Assembly (NCBI GenBank): GCA_035498715.1
Contig: DATJZV010000158.1
Coordinates: forward strand, 34,239-98,238
Direction: 5' to 3'
Origin: Nitrospirota bacterium
GTDB taxonomy: Bacteria > Nitrospirota > UBA9217
DNA: 64,000 nt
Shown in pieces: positions 8,996 to 17,919 of the stretch (within the stretch, counting starts at the first letter, position 1; the number at the start of each line of letters is the position of its first letter). Position numbers and translations under genes: made by a program. The notes beneath the pieces were generated by a model, which saw only the letters and a program-made list of their open reading frames with translations, did no database searches and was not told the origin of the DNA.

Positions 8996-9916
8996 TTAAC
9001 GCACAAGCATCTCCAGGACAGCCTTCTGCGTATGGAGACGGTTCTCTGCCTGGTCGAAGATCACGGACTGTGGCCCGTCGATTACTTCGGCAGATATCTC
9101 TTCTCCGCGATGCGCGGGCAAGCAGTGCATCACGAGCGCTCCCCTGGCTGCAGTCCCCATGAGTTTCGCATCGATCTGATATCCCTGGAACGCCTTGAGT
9201 CGCTTGGCATGTTCCGCTTCCTGACCCATGCTCGCCCAGACATCGGTGTATACGATGTCGGCACTCCTAACAGCACGATAGGGGTCATTAGTAACATCGA
9301 TAACCGTGCCTGTCTTGACTGCTTCGGTTTTGGCTTCGTTCACGAAGGCGATATCGAGCTCGTATCCCCGGGGGGTTGCGATCGAGAAATGGATCCCGGT
9401 TTTTACGCAAGCTTGGATAAGAGAATTTGCGACATTGTTCCCATCCCCTACGTACGCGAGCTTGAGCCCCTTCAAGGTGCGTTTTTTCTCCTGTATGGTG
9501 AAGAGATCGGCGAGGGCCTGGCAGGGGTGGTGGAGGTCGGTAAGACCGTTGATCACGGGTATCGATGCGTGGTGCGCCAGTTCTTCTACCGTGGCTTGGG
9601 CGAACGTGCGGATCATAATGGCATCGAGGAAACGGGACAGGGTGCGCGCCGTGTCCGCGATGGGCTCTCCGCGGCCGATCTGGAGGTCATTTGATGACAG
9701 GAACAGCGCTTGGCCGCCGAGCTGGTACATGCCGACCTCGAACGACACCCGTGTCCGCGTCGATGATTTCTCAAAGATCATGCCGAGGGATTTACCCTTT
9801 AGGGACTGGTGGGCTTTCCCCTGCTTCTGTTTCTTTTTTAGGGCTGTAGCACGTTTAAGGATGGTTTTAATATCCTCTTGGGTAAGATCGAAAATTGTAA
9901 GTAGATCTTTTTTCAT
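8996..9916 (-). CDS. argF: ornithine carbamoyltransferase
   Basis: Carbamoyl-phosphate binding motif STRTRVSFE and ornithine-binding motif HCLPAHRGEE. Start set at MKKDLLTI with an upstream GGAGAG RBS. Confidence 0.9.
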   Translation of the reverse strand: MKKDLLTIFDLTQEDIKTILKRATALKKKQKQGKAHQSLKGKSLGMIFEKSSTRTRVSFEVGMYQLGGQALFLSSNDLQIGRGEPIADTARTLSRFLDAIMIRTFAQATVEELAHHASIPVINGLTDLHHPCQALADLFTIQEKKRTLKGLKLAYVGDGNNVANSLIQACVKTGIHFSIATPRGYELDIAFVNEAKTEAVKTGTVIDVTNDPYRAVRSADIVYTDVWASMGQEAEHAKRLKAFQGYQIDAKLMGTAARGALVMHCLPAHRGEEISAEVIDGPQSVIFDQAENRLHTQKAVLEMLVR

Positions 9917-10040
9917 TGCCTCTCCTGTCAAAAAGAATGCCTTAAGATGAAACGACAGATGAACGGGAAAAAACGGATACAGGGAGCCGAGACATCAGCT
10001 GCGTTTATCTATGGTCACAGGGTCACTCGTTGTACGGGCC

Positions 10041-10074
10041 CTCTAAAAGTAAGAGGCGGCTGTACAAGCCGCCT
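10041..10074 (-). terminator. hairpin between argD and argF, a possible bidirectional terminator
   Basis: AGGCGGC-TGTACAA-GCCGCCT stem-loop flanked by A/T tracts on both sides, in the 170 bp spacer between argD and argF. Confidence 0.35.
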
Positions 10075-10101
10075 TTAATTAATTACCAGCTGTAATGAAT
10101 G

Positions 10102-11295
10102 TCAGCGTTTTGCGAATATGCCGTCGAGAGCGCTGATGAGCCGGTCGATCTCTTCTTCGGTGATGATGAGCGGTGGCATGAAACGCAGAACGTTTCCTAC
10201 AGTGCAGTTGATCAGGAAACCTTCCCTGAGACAGGCGGTGACGATGTCCTTGCCCTCGAAATCGAGTTCCATTCCGAGGAGGAGGCCCTTGCCGCGTACG
10301 TCCTTCACGAAACCATATTTACTCCTGAGATCATCAAGACCCCCCAGAAAATGCCTGCTGAGTTCCTCGACGGCCTGGATGATGATATTGTCTTCAAGCA
10401 GCGCCTCAAGGGACGCAATGGCTGCAGCACAGGTTAACGGGTTGCCGCCGAAGGTGGATCCGTGCGATCCCGGTGTGAATGCCTGGGCAGCCTTGTCTGT
10501 GGCTAGGAGCGCGCCGATCGTCATGCCCGCGCCGAGACCTTTGGCGAGTGCCACCACATCCGGCTTTATGCCGGTGTGCTCGTAGGCGAAAAGTTTTCCG
10601 GTGCGGCCCATGCCGGTCTGTATCTCGTCAAGCATAAGGAGTATGTTGCTCCGATCACAGATTTCTCGAAGTGCTTCCAGATATCCGTCGGACGGCACGT
10701 TTACTCCGCCCTCGCCCTGTACGGGCTCGACGAGCACGGCACAGGTCCGGTCGGTGATTGCACGCGTAACGGCGCCACTATCGTTGAAGGGCACATACGT
10801 GAATCCGGGGACCAGTGGCTCGAACGATGCGTGAAACTTCTCTTGGGCCGTGGCGGCCAAAGCCCCCATGGTACGGCCATGGAACGAGCCGCGCATGGTG
10901 ATAATTTCGTGCCGGTCTTGGTGCAGAACCTCACGGCTGTATCTCCGTGCCAGCTTGATGGCTGCCTCGATAGCTTCGGTTCCTGAGTTGCAGAAGAAAG
11001 ATTTGTCCGCGAACGAGTGCTTTGCAAGCATCTTCGCGAGATTGATTTGTGGTTCGTTATGGTAGTGGTTCGACACATGCATGAGACGCTGCGCCTGCTT
11101 CTGGAGCGCAACGACAACACGGGGATGGCAGTGTCCCAAGTTAGTTGTGGCCACGCCCGCGACAAAGTCGAGATACTCTCTGCCGTCGGAGTCGTAAACC
11201 TTCATACCCCGGCCCTTTACGAGCACGATTGGCTGCCGACTATAGGTGTTCATGATATATTTGTGTGAATCCGTTATGATGTCGCTCGTAATCAT
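10102..11295 (-). CDS. argD: acetylornithine aminotransferase (class III PLP aminotransferase)
   Basis: Class III aminotransferase pattern throughout, with PLP-lysine context (LDEIQTGMGRTGKLFA). The start is uncertain: MITSD at 11295 or MNTYSR at 11253. Confidence 0.85.
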   Translation of the reverse strand: MITSDIITDSHKYIMNTYSRQPIVLVKGRGMKVYDSDGREYLDFVAGVATTNLGHCHPRVVVALQKQAQRLMHVSNHYHNEPQINLAKMLAKHSFADKSFFCNSGTEAIEAAIKLARRYSREVLHQDRHEIITMRGSFHGRTMGALAATAQEKFHASFEPLVPGFTYVPFNDSGAVTRAITDRTCAVLVEPVQGEGGVNVPSDGYLEALREICDRSNILLMLDEIQTGMGRTGKLFAYEHTGIKPDVVALAKGLGAGMTIGALLATDKAAQAFTPGSHGSTFGGNPLTCAAAIASLEALLEDNIIIQAVEELSRHFLGGLDDLRSKYGFVKDVRGKGLLLGMELDFEGKDIVTACLREGFLINCTVGNVLRFMPPLIITEEEIDRLISALDGIFAKR

Positions 11296-11333
11296 GCCGT
11301 CAAACCTAGCACAAACAGATTGAAAAATCAAAC

Positions 11334-11361
11334 TTAAAATGGTTTCCTTAAAATGGTTTCC
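11334..11361. repeat. perfect tandem 14 bp direct repeat (TTAAAATGGTTTCC, two copies) in the argD / aminotransferase divergent promoter region
   Basis: Two abutting identical 14-mers 40-65 bp upstream of the argD start. Candidate operator for an arginine-responsive regulator. Confidence 0.5.
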
Positions 11362-11447
11362 CGTAAAATAAAAGGGTGATTACCCTATGAAATTCTCTTT
11401 TTGATGAATGGGAGATCATATCTTTGCTGTTCGGAGAGTGTTTTTTA

Positions 11448-11476
11448 TTGACAAAATTTGGATACTGTTTTATTAT
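11448..11476 (+). promoter_or_regulatory. near-consensus sigma70 promoter (TTGACA, 17 nt, TATTAT)
   Basis: Perfect -35 hexamer, exact 17 nt spacer and a -10 hexamer with 5/6 match, 65 nt upstream of the aminotransferase start codon. Confidence 0.5.
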
Positions 11477-11540
11477 CAATTTTATTCTTTAAATTTAAGC
11501 GGTTAGATGCTGAAAACTTTGAAAAAAGAAAGGGATAGCA

Positions 11541-12716
11541 ATGCCTGAGCGTTTCGCCAGGATCAAGAGGCTACCACCCTATGTTTTCGCAATCGTCAAC
11601 GCCATGAAGATCGAGGCGCGCAGGCGAGGAGAGGACATCATCGATCTCGGTATGGGCAATCCTGATCAAGGCACGCCTCAGCATATAGTTGACAAATTGA
11701 TCGAGGCAGCCCAGAACCCCAAAAACCACCGCTATTCAGCGTCCAAGGGAATCACGAAGCTTCGCACAGCACTCTGCGATTGGTACAGACGGCGCTATGA
11801 CGTTGACCTCGACCCCGAGACCGAGGCCGTGGTAACAATCGGTTCTAAGGAAGGTCTGTCCCATTTGGCCCTGGCCACGATTGAACCCGGTGACGTTGTA
11901 CTGACCACCACCCCGGCCTATCCAATCCATCCATACAGTGTGATCATCGCGGGCGGCGAAGTGCGGTCCATACCCCTCAGGAAAGACAGCGATTTTTTCG
12001 CCGACATGCAGGAGGCGTTCAAGAACACCTGGCCCCGACCCAAGATGCTGATCATCAATTTCCCGAACAACCCGACCACAGCGGTCGTGGATGTGGCGTT
12101 CTTTCAGAAGATAGCGGATTTTGCCCGTGAGAATGATGTCATGGTAGTTCATGACCTGGCCTATGCGGACCTGAACTTCGACGGCTACCGTGCGCCGAGT
12201 TTCCTGCAGGCCAGGGGCGCGAAAGAAGTGGGTGTCGAGTTTTACAGCCTGACCAAGAGCTACAACATGGCCGGTTGGCGCGTGGGGTTCTGTGCGGGGA
12301 ACAAAGATGCGGTGGGCGCCCTCATTAAGATCAAGAGCTACCTCGACTACGGCATGTTCCAGCCTATACAGATCGCGTCCATCATCGCTCTGAACGGGCC
12401 GCAGGAGTGCGTAAAAGAAATCACCGATACATATCAATCCCGCCGGGACGTGCTCATAGATGGACTGAATAAGGCGGGTTGGAGCATTGAGAGACCTAAG
12501 GCGACCATGTTCGTCTGGGCTGAGATTCCTGAGCCCTTCAAGAGGATCGGATCGCTCGAGTTTGCGAAGCTGCTCATCAAAGAGGCCAAGGTGGCGGTCT
12601 CACCGGGCATCGGCTTCGGTGAATACGGCGACGGATATGTAAGATTCGCCCTGGTGGAGAACGAGCATCGTATCCGCCAGGCCGTAAAGGGCATTAAACA
12701 AGCAATCCAGAAATAG
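11541..12716 (+). CDS. class I PLP aminotransferase (aspartate/alanine aminotransferase type)
   Basis: 391 aa. Fold-type I aminotransferase motifs ([25 protein letters not shown] with the PLP-lysine). Same architecture as Thermus-type AspAT. Confidence 0.85.
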   Translation: MPERFARIKRLPPYVFAIVNAMKIEARRRGEDIIDLGMGNPDQGTPQHIVDKLIEAAQNPKNHRYSASKGITKLRTALCDWYRRRYDVDLDPETEAVVTIGSKEGLSHLALATIEPGDVVLTTTPAYPIHPYSVIIAGGEVRSIPLRKDSDFFADMQEAFKNTWPRPKMLIINFPNNPTTAVVDVAFFQKIADFARENDVMVVHDLAYADLNFDGYRAPSFLQARGAKEVGVEFYSLTKSYNMAGWRVGFCAGNKDAVGALIKIKSYLDYGMFQPIQIASIIALNGPQECVKEITDTYQSRRDVLIDGLNKAGWSIERPKATMFVWAEIPEPFKRIGSLEFAKLLIKEAKVAVSPGIGFGEYGDGYVRFALVENEHRIRQAVKGIKQAIQK

Positions 12717-12811
12717 GGCTAAGGGTCGAGTAGCAGGAGATCCAGGGAGTAGAACAGAATCCACCTTTGGACCCGGCACGTTGACCCGTGACTGTTAGAG
12801 GGCGAAGAGAC

Positions 12812-14128
12812 ATGGCATCAAGAAAATCGATCACTGTAGGTATCATCGGCTTCGGCACGGTAGGAGCTGGCACGGCCCGCATTCTCATAGAGAATGCTGA
12901 AATAATCCGGAGAAGGCTTGGCTCGGCGGTAACGCTTAAGAAGATAGCCGATCTGGATGTCAAACGTGATCGGGGCATTCCGCTCAAGGGTGTTCAGCTT
13001 ACGACCAATGCGCAGGAAGTCCTGACCGATCCGGAGATCGACATCGTGGTTGAACTCATAGGCGGGTACAAGCCTGCAAAAGAATTCATCCTCGAGGCGA
13101 TCAGGAACAAGAAACACGTGGTGACCGCAAACAAGGCTCTCCTGGCAGTGCACGGGGAGGAGATCTATGCCGCCGCGGAAAAATCAGGAACGTCGGTCGG
13201 ATTCGAGGCATCGGTGGCAGGGGGCATCCCCATTCTTGCGGCCATCAGGAATGGTCTGGCCGCTAATAATATCAAGTCAATAAACGGTATTGTGAATGGC
13301 ACCTGCAACTATATCCTGACGCTCATGACGAACGCTGGCAGGAAGTTTGAGGAGGTTCTGAAAGAGGCGCAGGCAATGGGCTACGCCGAAGCGGACCCTA
13401 CGTTCGATATCGAGGGGATCGACTCTGCACACAAGCTCGCGATCCTGACTATGCTAACATACGGAACACCGGTGAAGTTCGAGGAGATCTACACGGAAGG
13501 GATCTCCAAGATCTTGCCGCTGGACATCGATTTCGCCAAAGATCTCGGCTACAAGATCAAGCTCCTCGCGATAACCAAGATGGTGGACGGCGAGATCGAG
13601 GCGCGGGTGCACCCGACGATGCTTCCCGAGGAGTACCCCATTGCTACAGTGGATGGTGTTTACAATGCGCTTTCAGTTGTCGGTGATGCCGTCGGGTCGA
13701 CGATGTTTTACGGGAGGGGAGCGGGAGATATGCCGACCGGAAGCGCTGTGGTGAGCGATATCATGGACATCGGAAGGGACATTCTGTCCGGGTGCGCTAA
13801 CCGGTCACCAGTGGCAGCGTTCCGGGAGCGTTCAACGCTAAAGATCAGGAAGATGGATGACATCACGTCGTGCTATTATCTCCGGTTCTCGGCGATTGAC
13901 AGACCGGGCGTGATGTCTCGCATCTCCGGGGTGCTCGGCAAGAATAATATCAGCATCTCTTCCGTGATCCAAAAGGGGCGGAAGGCGGCCGAAGCTGTGC
14001 CGGTCGTGATGATGACGCACGAAGCGGTTGAGCGGGATGTTCGCAGTGCCCTCGACGAAATAAATAGGATGGACTGTGTTGCCGGACCGACGATGGTCAT
14101 CAGAGTGGAGGAGGGCAAACAGGGGTAA
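12812..14128 (+). CDS. hom: homoserine dehydrogenase with C-terminal ACT domain
   Basis: NAD(P)-binding GIIGFGTVGAG motif, catalytic domain and C-terminal ACT regulatory domain. Start at MASRKS with an AGAGGGCGAAGAGA RBS. Confidence 0.9.
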   Translation: MASRKSITVGIIGFGTVGAGTARILIENAEIIRRRLGSAVTLKKIADLDVKRDRGIPLKGVQLTTNAQEVLTDPEIDIVVELIGGYKPAKEFILEAIRNKKHVVTANKALLAVHGEEIYAAAEKSGTSVGFEASVAGGIPILAAIRNGLAANNIKSINGIVNGTCNYILTLMTNAGRKFEEVLKEAQAMGYAEADPTFDIEGIDSAHKLAILTMLTYGTPVKFEEIYTEGISKILPLDIDFAKDLGYKIKLLAITKMVDGEIEARVHPTMLPEEYPIATVDGVYNALSVVGDAVGSTMFYGRGAGDMPTGSAVVSDIMDIGRDILSGCANRSPVAAFRERSTLKIRKMDDITSCYYLRFSAIDRPGVMSRISGVLGKNNISISSVIQKGRKAAEAVPVVMMTHEAVERDVRSALDEINRMDCVAGPTMVIRVEEGKQG

Positions 14129-14193
14129 TTTCCCCGGCTTTTTGATTACGGGATGCAGAATGATAAAAGAAAATCAGTAAACCGAAATCCGCA

Positions 14194-14466
14194 ATGGAGG
14201 TAATGATGGCCGACGAAATCAAGGTTGATAAGACACTGGATATAAAAGGTCAAGTCTGCCCCTATACCTTCGTCCGATCGAAGCTGGCAATTGAGAAGAT
14301 GAACCTCGGCGAGGTGCTTGAGATCATCACAGATCACAGACCTGCGTCGGAAAATGTTCCAAAGAGCATGGAGAACGAGGGTCAAAAGGTTTTGAAGATC
14401 GAGCAAACGAGCGAAAAAGAGTGGCATATCTTTGTCAGAAAGGACAGAGAGAAGAAGAAAACGTGA
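14194..14466 (+). CDS. tusA: TusA-like sulfurtransferase (two-layered alpha/beta sandwich, CPxP motif)
   Basis: About 85 aa with the diagnostic CPYTF motif (VCPYTFVRSKLAIEKM) and LEI..D motifs of the TusA/SirA family. Confidence 0.8.
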   Translation: MEVMMADEIKVDKTLDIKGQVCPYTFVRSKLAIEKMNLGEVLEIITDHRPASENVPKSMENEGQKVLKIEQTSEKEWHIFVRKDREKKKT

Positions 14467-14543
14467 AATGTAAGACGTGAGAACCATGGCAAAGAGATTC
14501 TACTTCTCACGCTTAACGTCGAGCACTTTATGGTGGTTTAACA

Positions 14544-15347
14544 ATGGAATTTACAGAAGACCAGATACTCCGCTACAGCAGGCACATCCTGCTCCCTGAG
14601 GTCGGGGGAGACGGTCAGGAAAAGATCCTGAACGCCAAAGTTGTGCTCGTTGGCGCTGGCGGTCTCGGTTCGCCGGTGGGATACTATCTTGCGGCCGCAG
14701 GCGTGGGCACGATCGGCGTGATTGACAATGACCGCGTTGAGATGTCCAATCTCCAGCGCCAGATCGCGCACAACACGAGCCGAATCGGGGTGGACAAAGC
14801 TGATTCGGCAAAGCAGACGTATGAGACCCTGAACCATGATGTGAAGGTGGTGACACACAAGGAGCGTCTCACCTCCAAGAACATCATGCAGATCATTCGC
14901 GATTATGATATCGTTGTGGACGGGAGCGACAACTTTCCCACACGATATCTTGTGAACGACGCTTGCGTCATGCTCAAGAAAACGCTCGTGAGCGCGGCGG
15001 TGTTCCGTTTCGAAGGCCAGGTGATGACCATTTTCCCGGGCGAAGGGCCGTGCTATCGCTGCCTGTTCGAGGTTCCGCCGCCGCCGGGCATGGTGCCGTC
15101 ATGCCAGGAAGCCGGCATACTGGGCGTGGTAACCGGCGTGATCGGTACCATCCAGGCGACCGAGGTAATCAAGGCTATTCTAGGCATCGGGCATCCCCTT
15201 AAAGGGAGGCTTCTTCTGTGGAATGCGCTCGACATGAGCTTCCGTACGGTAAAGGTTCCCCGGAACCGTGAGTGTCCAGTCTGCGGTGAGCATCCAACGA
15301 TAAAAGAGCTTATCGATTACGAGCTGTTTTGCTCAATGAACCATTGA
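14544..15347 (+). CDS. MoeB/ThiF-type E1-like adenylyltransferase for a ubiquitin-like sulfur carrier (no rhodanese domain)
   Basis: 267 aa. Rossmann motif VVLVGAGGLGSP, RQ motif and two C-terminal CxxC pairs (CYRC...CPVCG). Ends without a rhodanese domain. Confidence 0.85.
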   Translation: MEFTEDQILRYSRHILLPEVGGDGQEKILNAKVVLVGAGGLGSPVGYYLAAAGVGTIGVIDNDRVEMSNLQRQIAHNTSRIGVDKADSAKQTYETLNHDVKVVTHKERLTSKNIMQIIRDYDIVVDGSDNFPTRYLVNDACVMLKKTLVSAAVFRFEGQVMTIFPGEGPCYRCLFEVPPPPGMVPSCQEAGILGVVTGVIGTIQATEVIKAILGIGHPLKGRLLLWNALDMSFRTVKVPRNRECPVCGEHPTIKELIDYELFCSMNH

Positions 15348-15387
15348 AGGCACTGTCAAGAGACAAGAGACGAGGGCATCTTTCCAG

Positions 15388-15795
15388 TTGCTGACGATAA
15401 AAAAGACCGATCTCGAGAGTATTTATGAGCATTGCAATAGCGTGTATCCCAATGAAGCATGCGGGATCCTTGCCGGCAGGGATAACAAGGTCCAAAAAGT
15501 TTATTCGCTCGTGAGTGAAATACCGAGTCCGGCATTTTATCAAATTGACTCGAAAGAGCACTTCCGGGTAATTCGGGAGATGCGGGAAGCGGGAATAGAT
15601 TTGGTTAGCATCTATCATTCGCATCCTGGCGGCCCGCCATTCCCGTCCTCAACCGATGTGGATTTGGCGTACTACCCGGAAGCAGTGTATGTGATCGTTT
15701 CGCTCATGGATAGACAGAATCCGGTCGCAAAAGGGTATAACATCATTAAAGGGGAAATTACGGAAGTTCCCTTGAGCATTATTCCGGAGGAATAA
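15388..15795 (+). CDS. JAMM/MPN+ metalloprotease (Mec+/CysLA family) that processes the MoaD/ThiS-like carrier
   Basis: 135 aa. JAMM motif with glutamate (NEACGIL) and HSHP..PSSTD (H-x-H-x7-S-x2-D). Confidence 0.85.
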   Translation: MLTIKKTDLESIYEHCNSVYPNEACGILAGRDNKVQKVYSLVSEIPSPAFYQIDSKEHFRVIREMREAGIDLVSIYHSHPGGPPFPSSTDVDLAYYPEAVYVIVSLMDRQNPVAKGYNIIKGEITEVPLSIIPEE

Positions 15796-15801
15796 TCGCA
15801 G

Positions 15802-17034
15802 ATGACATATGTTAAGGGGTTGCGGTGCGTAGAGTGCGGCAGGGAGTACAAAGTTGACCCCGCTTACGTATGCGAATTCTGTTTCGGGCCGCTCGAAGTC
15901 ACGTATGACTACGAGAGGATCAAGAAGGACATGACGAAGCAGAAGGTCGAGTCAAGGCCGCACCATATGTGGCGTTACCGCGAGCTCCTGCCGATCGACG
16001 GTGACCCGGTCACGGGCTTTGACACCGGCTTTACTCCGCTCATGAAAGCCCAGAACCTGGCCAAGGCATGGGGTGTGAAGGAGATATACTTCAAGGACGA
16101 CTCCGTGAACCATCCGACCCTTTCGTTCAAAGACCGGGTGGTGGCCGTGGCTATCACGAAGGCAAAGGAGTTCGGATTCGATACGGTGGCATGCGCATCG
16201 ACAGGCAACCTTGCCAACTCCGTGGCAGCGCAGGCCGCGCGGGCGGGCATGAAGCGGTTTATATTCACGCCGGCCGACCTTGAGCTTTCTAAGACCATTA
16301 ATTCGCTCGTTTACCAGCCGAATCTGGTGACAGTGGATGGGAATTACGACGAGGTGAACCGCCTTTGCTCAGAGGTCGCGAACAAGTATCCATGGGCCTT
16401 TGTGAACATCAATATCCGGCCGTTCTATGGCGAGGGCTCGAAATCCTTGGGATTCGAGATCGCCGAGCAGCTCGGGTGGAAGACGCCGCACAACATTGTG
16501 GTGCCCAACGCCAGCGGTTCGCTCATGACCAAGATTTGGAAGGCTTTTAAGGAGCTAGAGAAGATCGGTCTTGTCCCACCGGTGAAAACCAGGGTGTTCG
16601 CGGCACAGGCCACAGGTTGCAATCCGATCGCTGCGGCGATCAAGGATGGGAGCGACATCGTTAAGCCGGTTAAGCCGAAGACAATAGCCAAGTCCCTTGC
16701 GATCGGGAACCCAGCTGACGGATACTATGCGGTAAAGGTCACGAGGGATACGGGCGGGTTCGGAGCGGATTCGTCGGACCAGGAGATCGTGGATGCGATC
16801 AAGCTTCTTGCCGAGACCGAAGGCGTGTTTGCCGAGACGGCAGGCGGTGTGACCGTATCAGCGGCCAAAAAACTCATCGATGCAGGTAAGATACCGAAGG
16901 ACGAGACACTCGTCATCTGCATCACCGGCAACGGACTTAAGACTACCGAGGCAGTCATTGACCATCTCAAGCGGCCGACTCCGATCAAGCCGAATATCGA
17001 CTCTTTCGAGAAACTGCTGAAGAAAATCAGTTAA
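15802..17034 (+). CDS. threonine-synthase-family PLP enzyme with N-terminal zinc ribbon (ThrC-like; candidate O-phosphohomoserine sulfhydrylase / homocysteine synthase, or a bona fide ThrC)
   Basis: 410 aa. N-terminal CxxC-x17-CxxC ribbon (CVECG...CEFCFGPLE). PLP-lysine motif SFKDRV. Fold-type II (PALP) architecture similar to ThrC. Confidence 0.85.
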   Translation: MTYVKGLRCVECGREYKVDPAYVCEFCFGPLEVTYDYERIKKDMTKQKVESRPHHMWRYRELLPIDGDPVTGFDTGFTPLMKAQNLAKAWGVKEIYFKDDSVNHPTLSFKDRVVAVAITKAKEFGFDTVACASTGNLANSVAAQAARAGMKRFIFTPADLELSKTINSLVYQPNLVTVDGNYDEVNRLCSEVANKYPWAFVNINIRPFYGEGSKSLGFEIAEQLGWKTPHNIVVPNASGSLMTKIWKAFKELEKIGLVPPVKTRVFAAQATGCNPIAAAIKDGSDIVKPVKPKTIAKSLAIGNPADGYYAVKVTRDTGGFGADSSDQEIVDAIKLLAETEGVFAETAGGVTVSAAKKLIDAGKIPKDETLVICITGNGLKTTEAVIDHLKRPTPIKPNIDSFEKLLKKIS

Positions 17035-17147
17035 TTTGGTAACAGAGCCACAGGGGACACGATGAAATACAGAAAATGCTGTTCTTCTTTGCCTCAACGT
17101 GTCTGTGGCAGTCATTTCAGTTGAATCGCATTTTCAGGAGGAAAGAC

Positions 17148-17426
17148 ATGGCGATTAAAGTGAGGATCCCGACTCCCTTGCAAAAGCTCACGAACGGCAG
17201 GGCCGATGTGGAGTGCGACGCGAGGAACATCGTGGAGCTTGTCGACGCCTTGGAGAAGGACTTTCCGGGCATGAAGGAGCGGCTCTCAGAGGGCGGTAAG
17301 ATCCGGCGGTTTATTAATATTTACGTGAACGAAGAGGACATTCGCTTTGTGAACAAGGAAGAGACCACTCTGAAGGACGGCGATAATGTCTCGATCGTGC
17401 CGGCAATTGCCGGTGGGACGCGGTAA
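17148..17426 (+). CDS. MoaD/ThiS-family ubiquitin-like sulfur carrier protein with C-terminal GG-TR extension
   Basis: 92 aa from the ATG at 17148 with an AGGAGG RBS. The beta-grasp-like sequence ends ...SIVPAIAGGTR, so the di-glycine is followed by two extra residues that would need JAMM cleavage. Confidence 0.75.
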   Translation: MAIKVRIPTPLQKLTNGRADVECDARNIVELVDALEKDFPGMKERLSEGGKIRRFINIYVNEEDIRFVNKEETTLKDGDNVSIVPAIAGGTR

Positions 17427-17534
17427 AGACCTTTACCAAAGAGAGAACTTGTAACGCAGAGTAGACCATTCGAAATTCAAGGTTATGATCTCTGTGCCCC
17501 TGCAACCTCTGCAGCAATAATACAAGGAGGCCAC

Positions 17535-17777
17535 ATGGCAACCAAGAGGGTTAAGCTTACGTTTCCGCAGGAACTGATCAAGGAACCGGTGATTTTCACC
17601 ATGGCAAGGAAATTCGATGTGATGCCGAATATCCGCCGTGCCAAGGTTACCGAAAGCGTGGGTGAGGTAGTGCTTGAACTTGAAGGGGCGGAGAAAAAAC
17701 TCGAGGAAGGCATCAAGTATCTCAAAGAGCGCGGCGTAAAGGTAGAGGCCGTTGAAGGCGATGTCGTCAGTTCATAA
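17535..17777 (+). CDS. stand-alone NIL-domain protein (MetN C-terminal-like domain)
   Basis: 80 aa matching the NIL-domain pattern (DVMPNIRRAKV...GEVVLELEG...GVKVEAV). Gene context is sulfur amino-acid metabolism. Confidence 0.6.
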   Translation: MATKRVKLTFPQELIKEPVIFTMARKFDVMPNIRRAKVTESVGEVVLELEGAEKKLEEGIKYLKERGVKVEAVEGDVVSS

Positions 17778-17919
17778 ATACAGAGAACGCGATTACTAAG
17801 ATTATGACGACTCAGGTGGACGCGGTCGCCTAGGCATCCAGATTCTCAAAGGGTTCAAGGACAATGGTTGCGAGTCGATGAAACTAAATGCCGTGTCCTC
17901 TGACCCTTTATTTATATTT

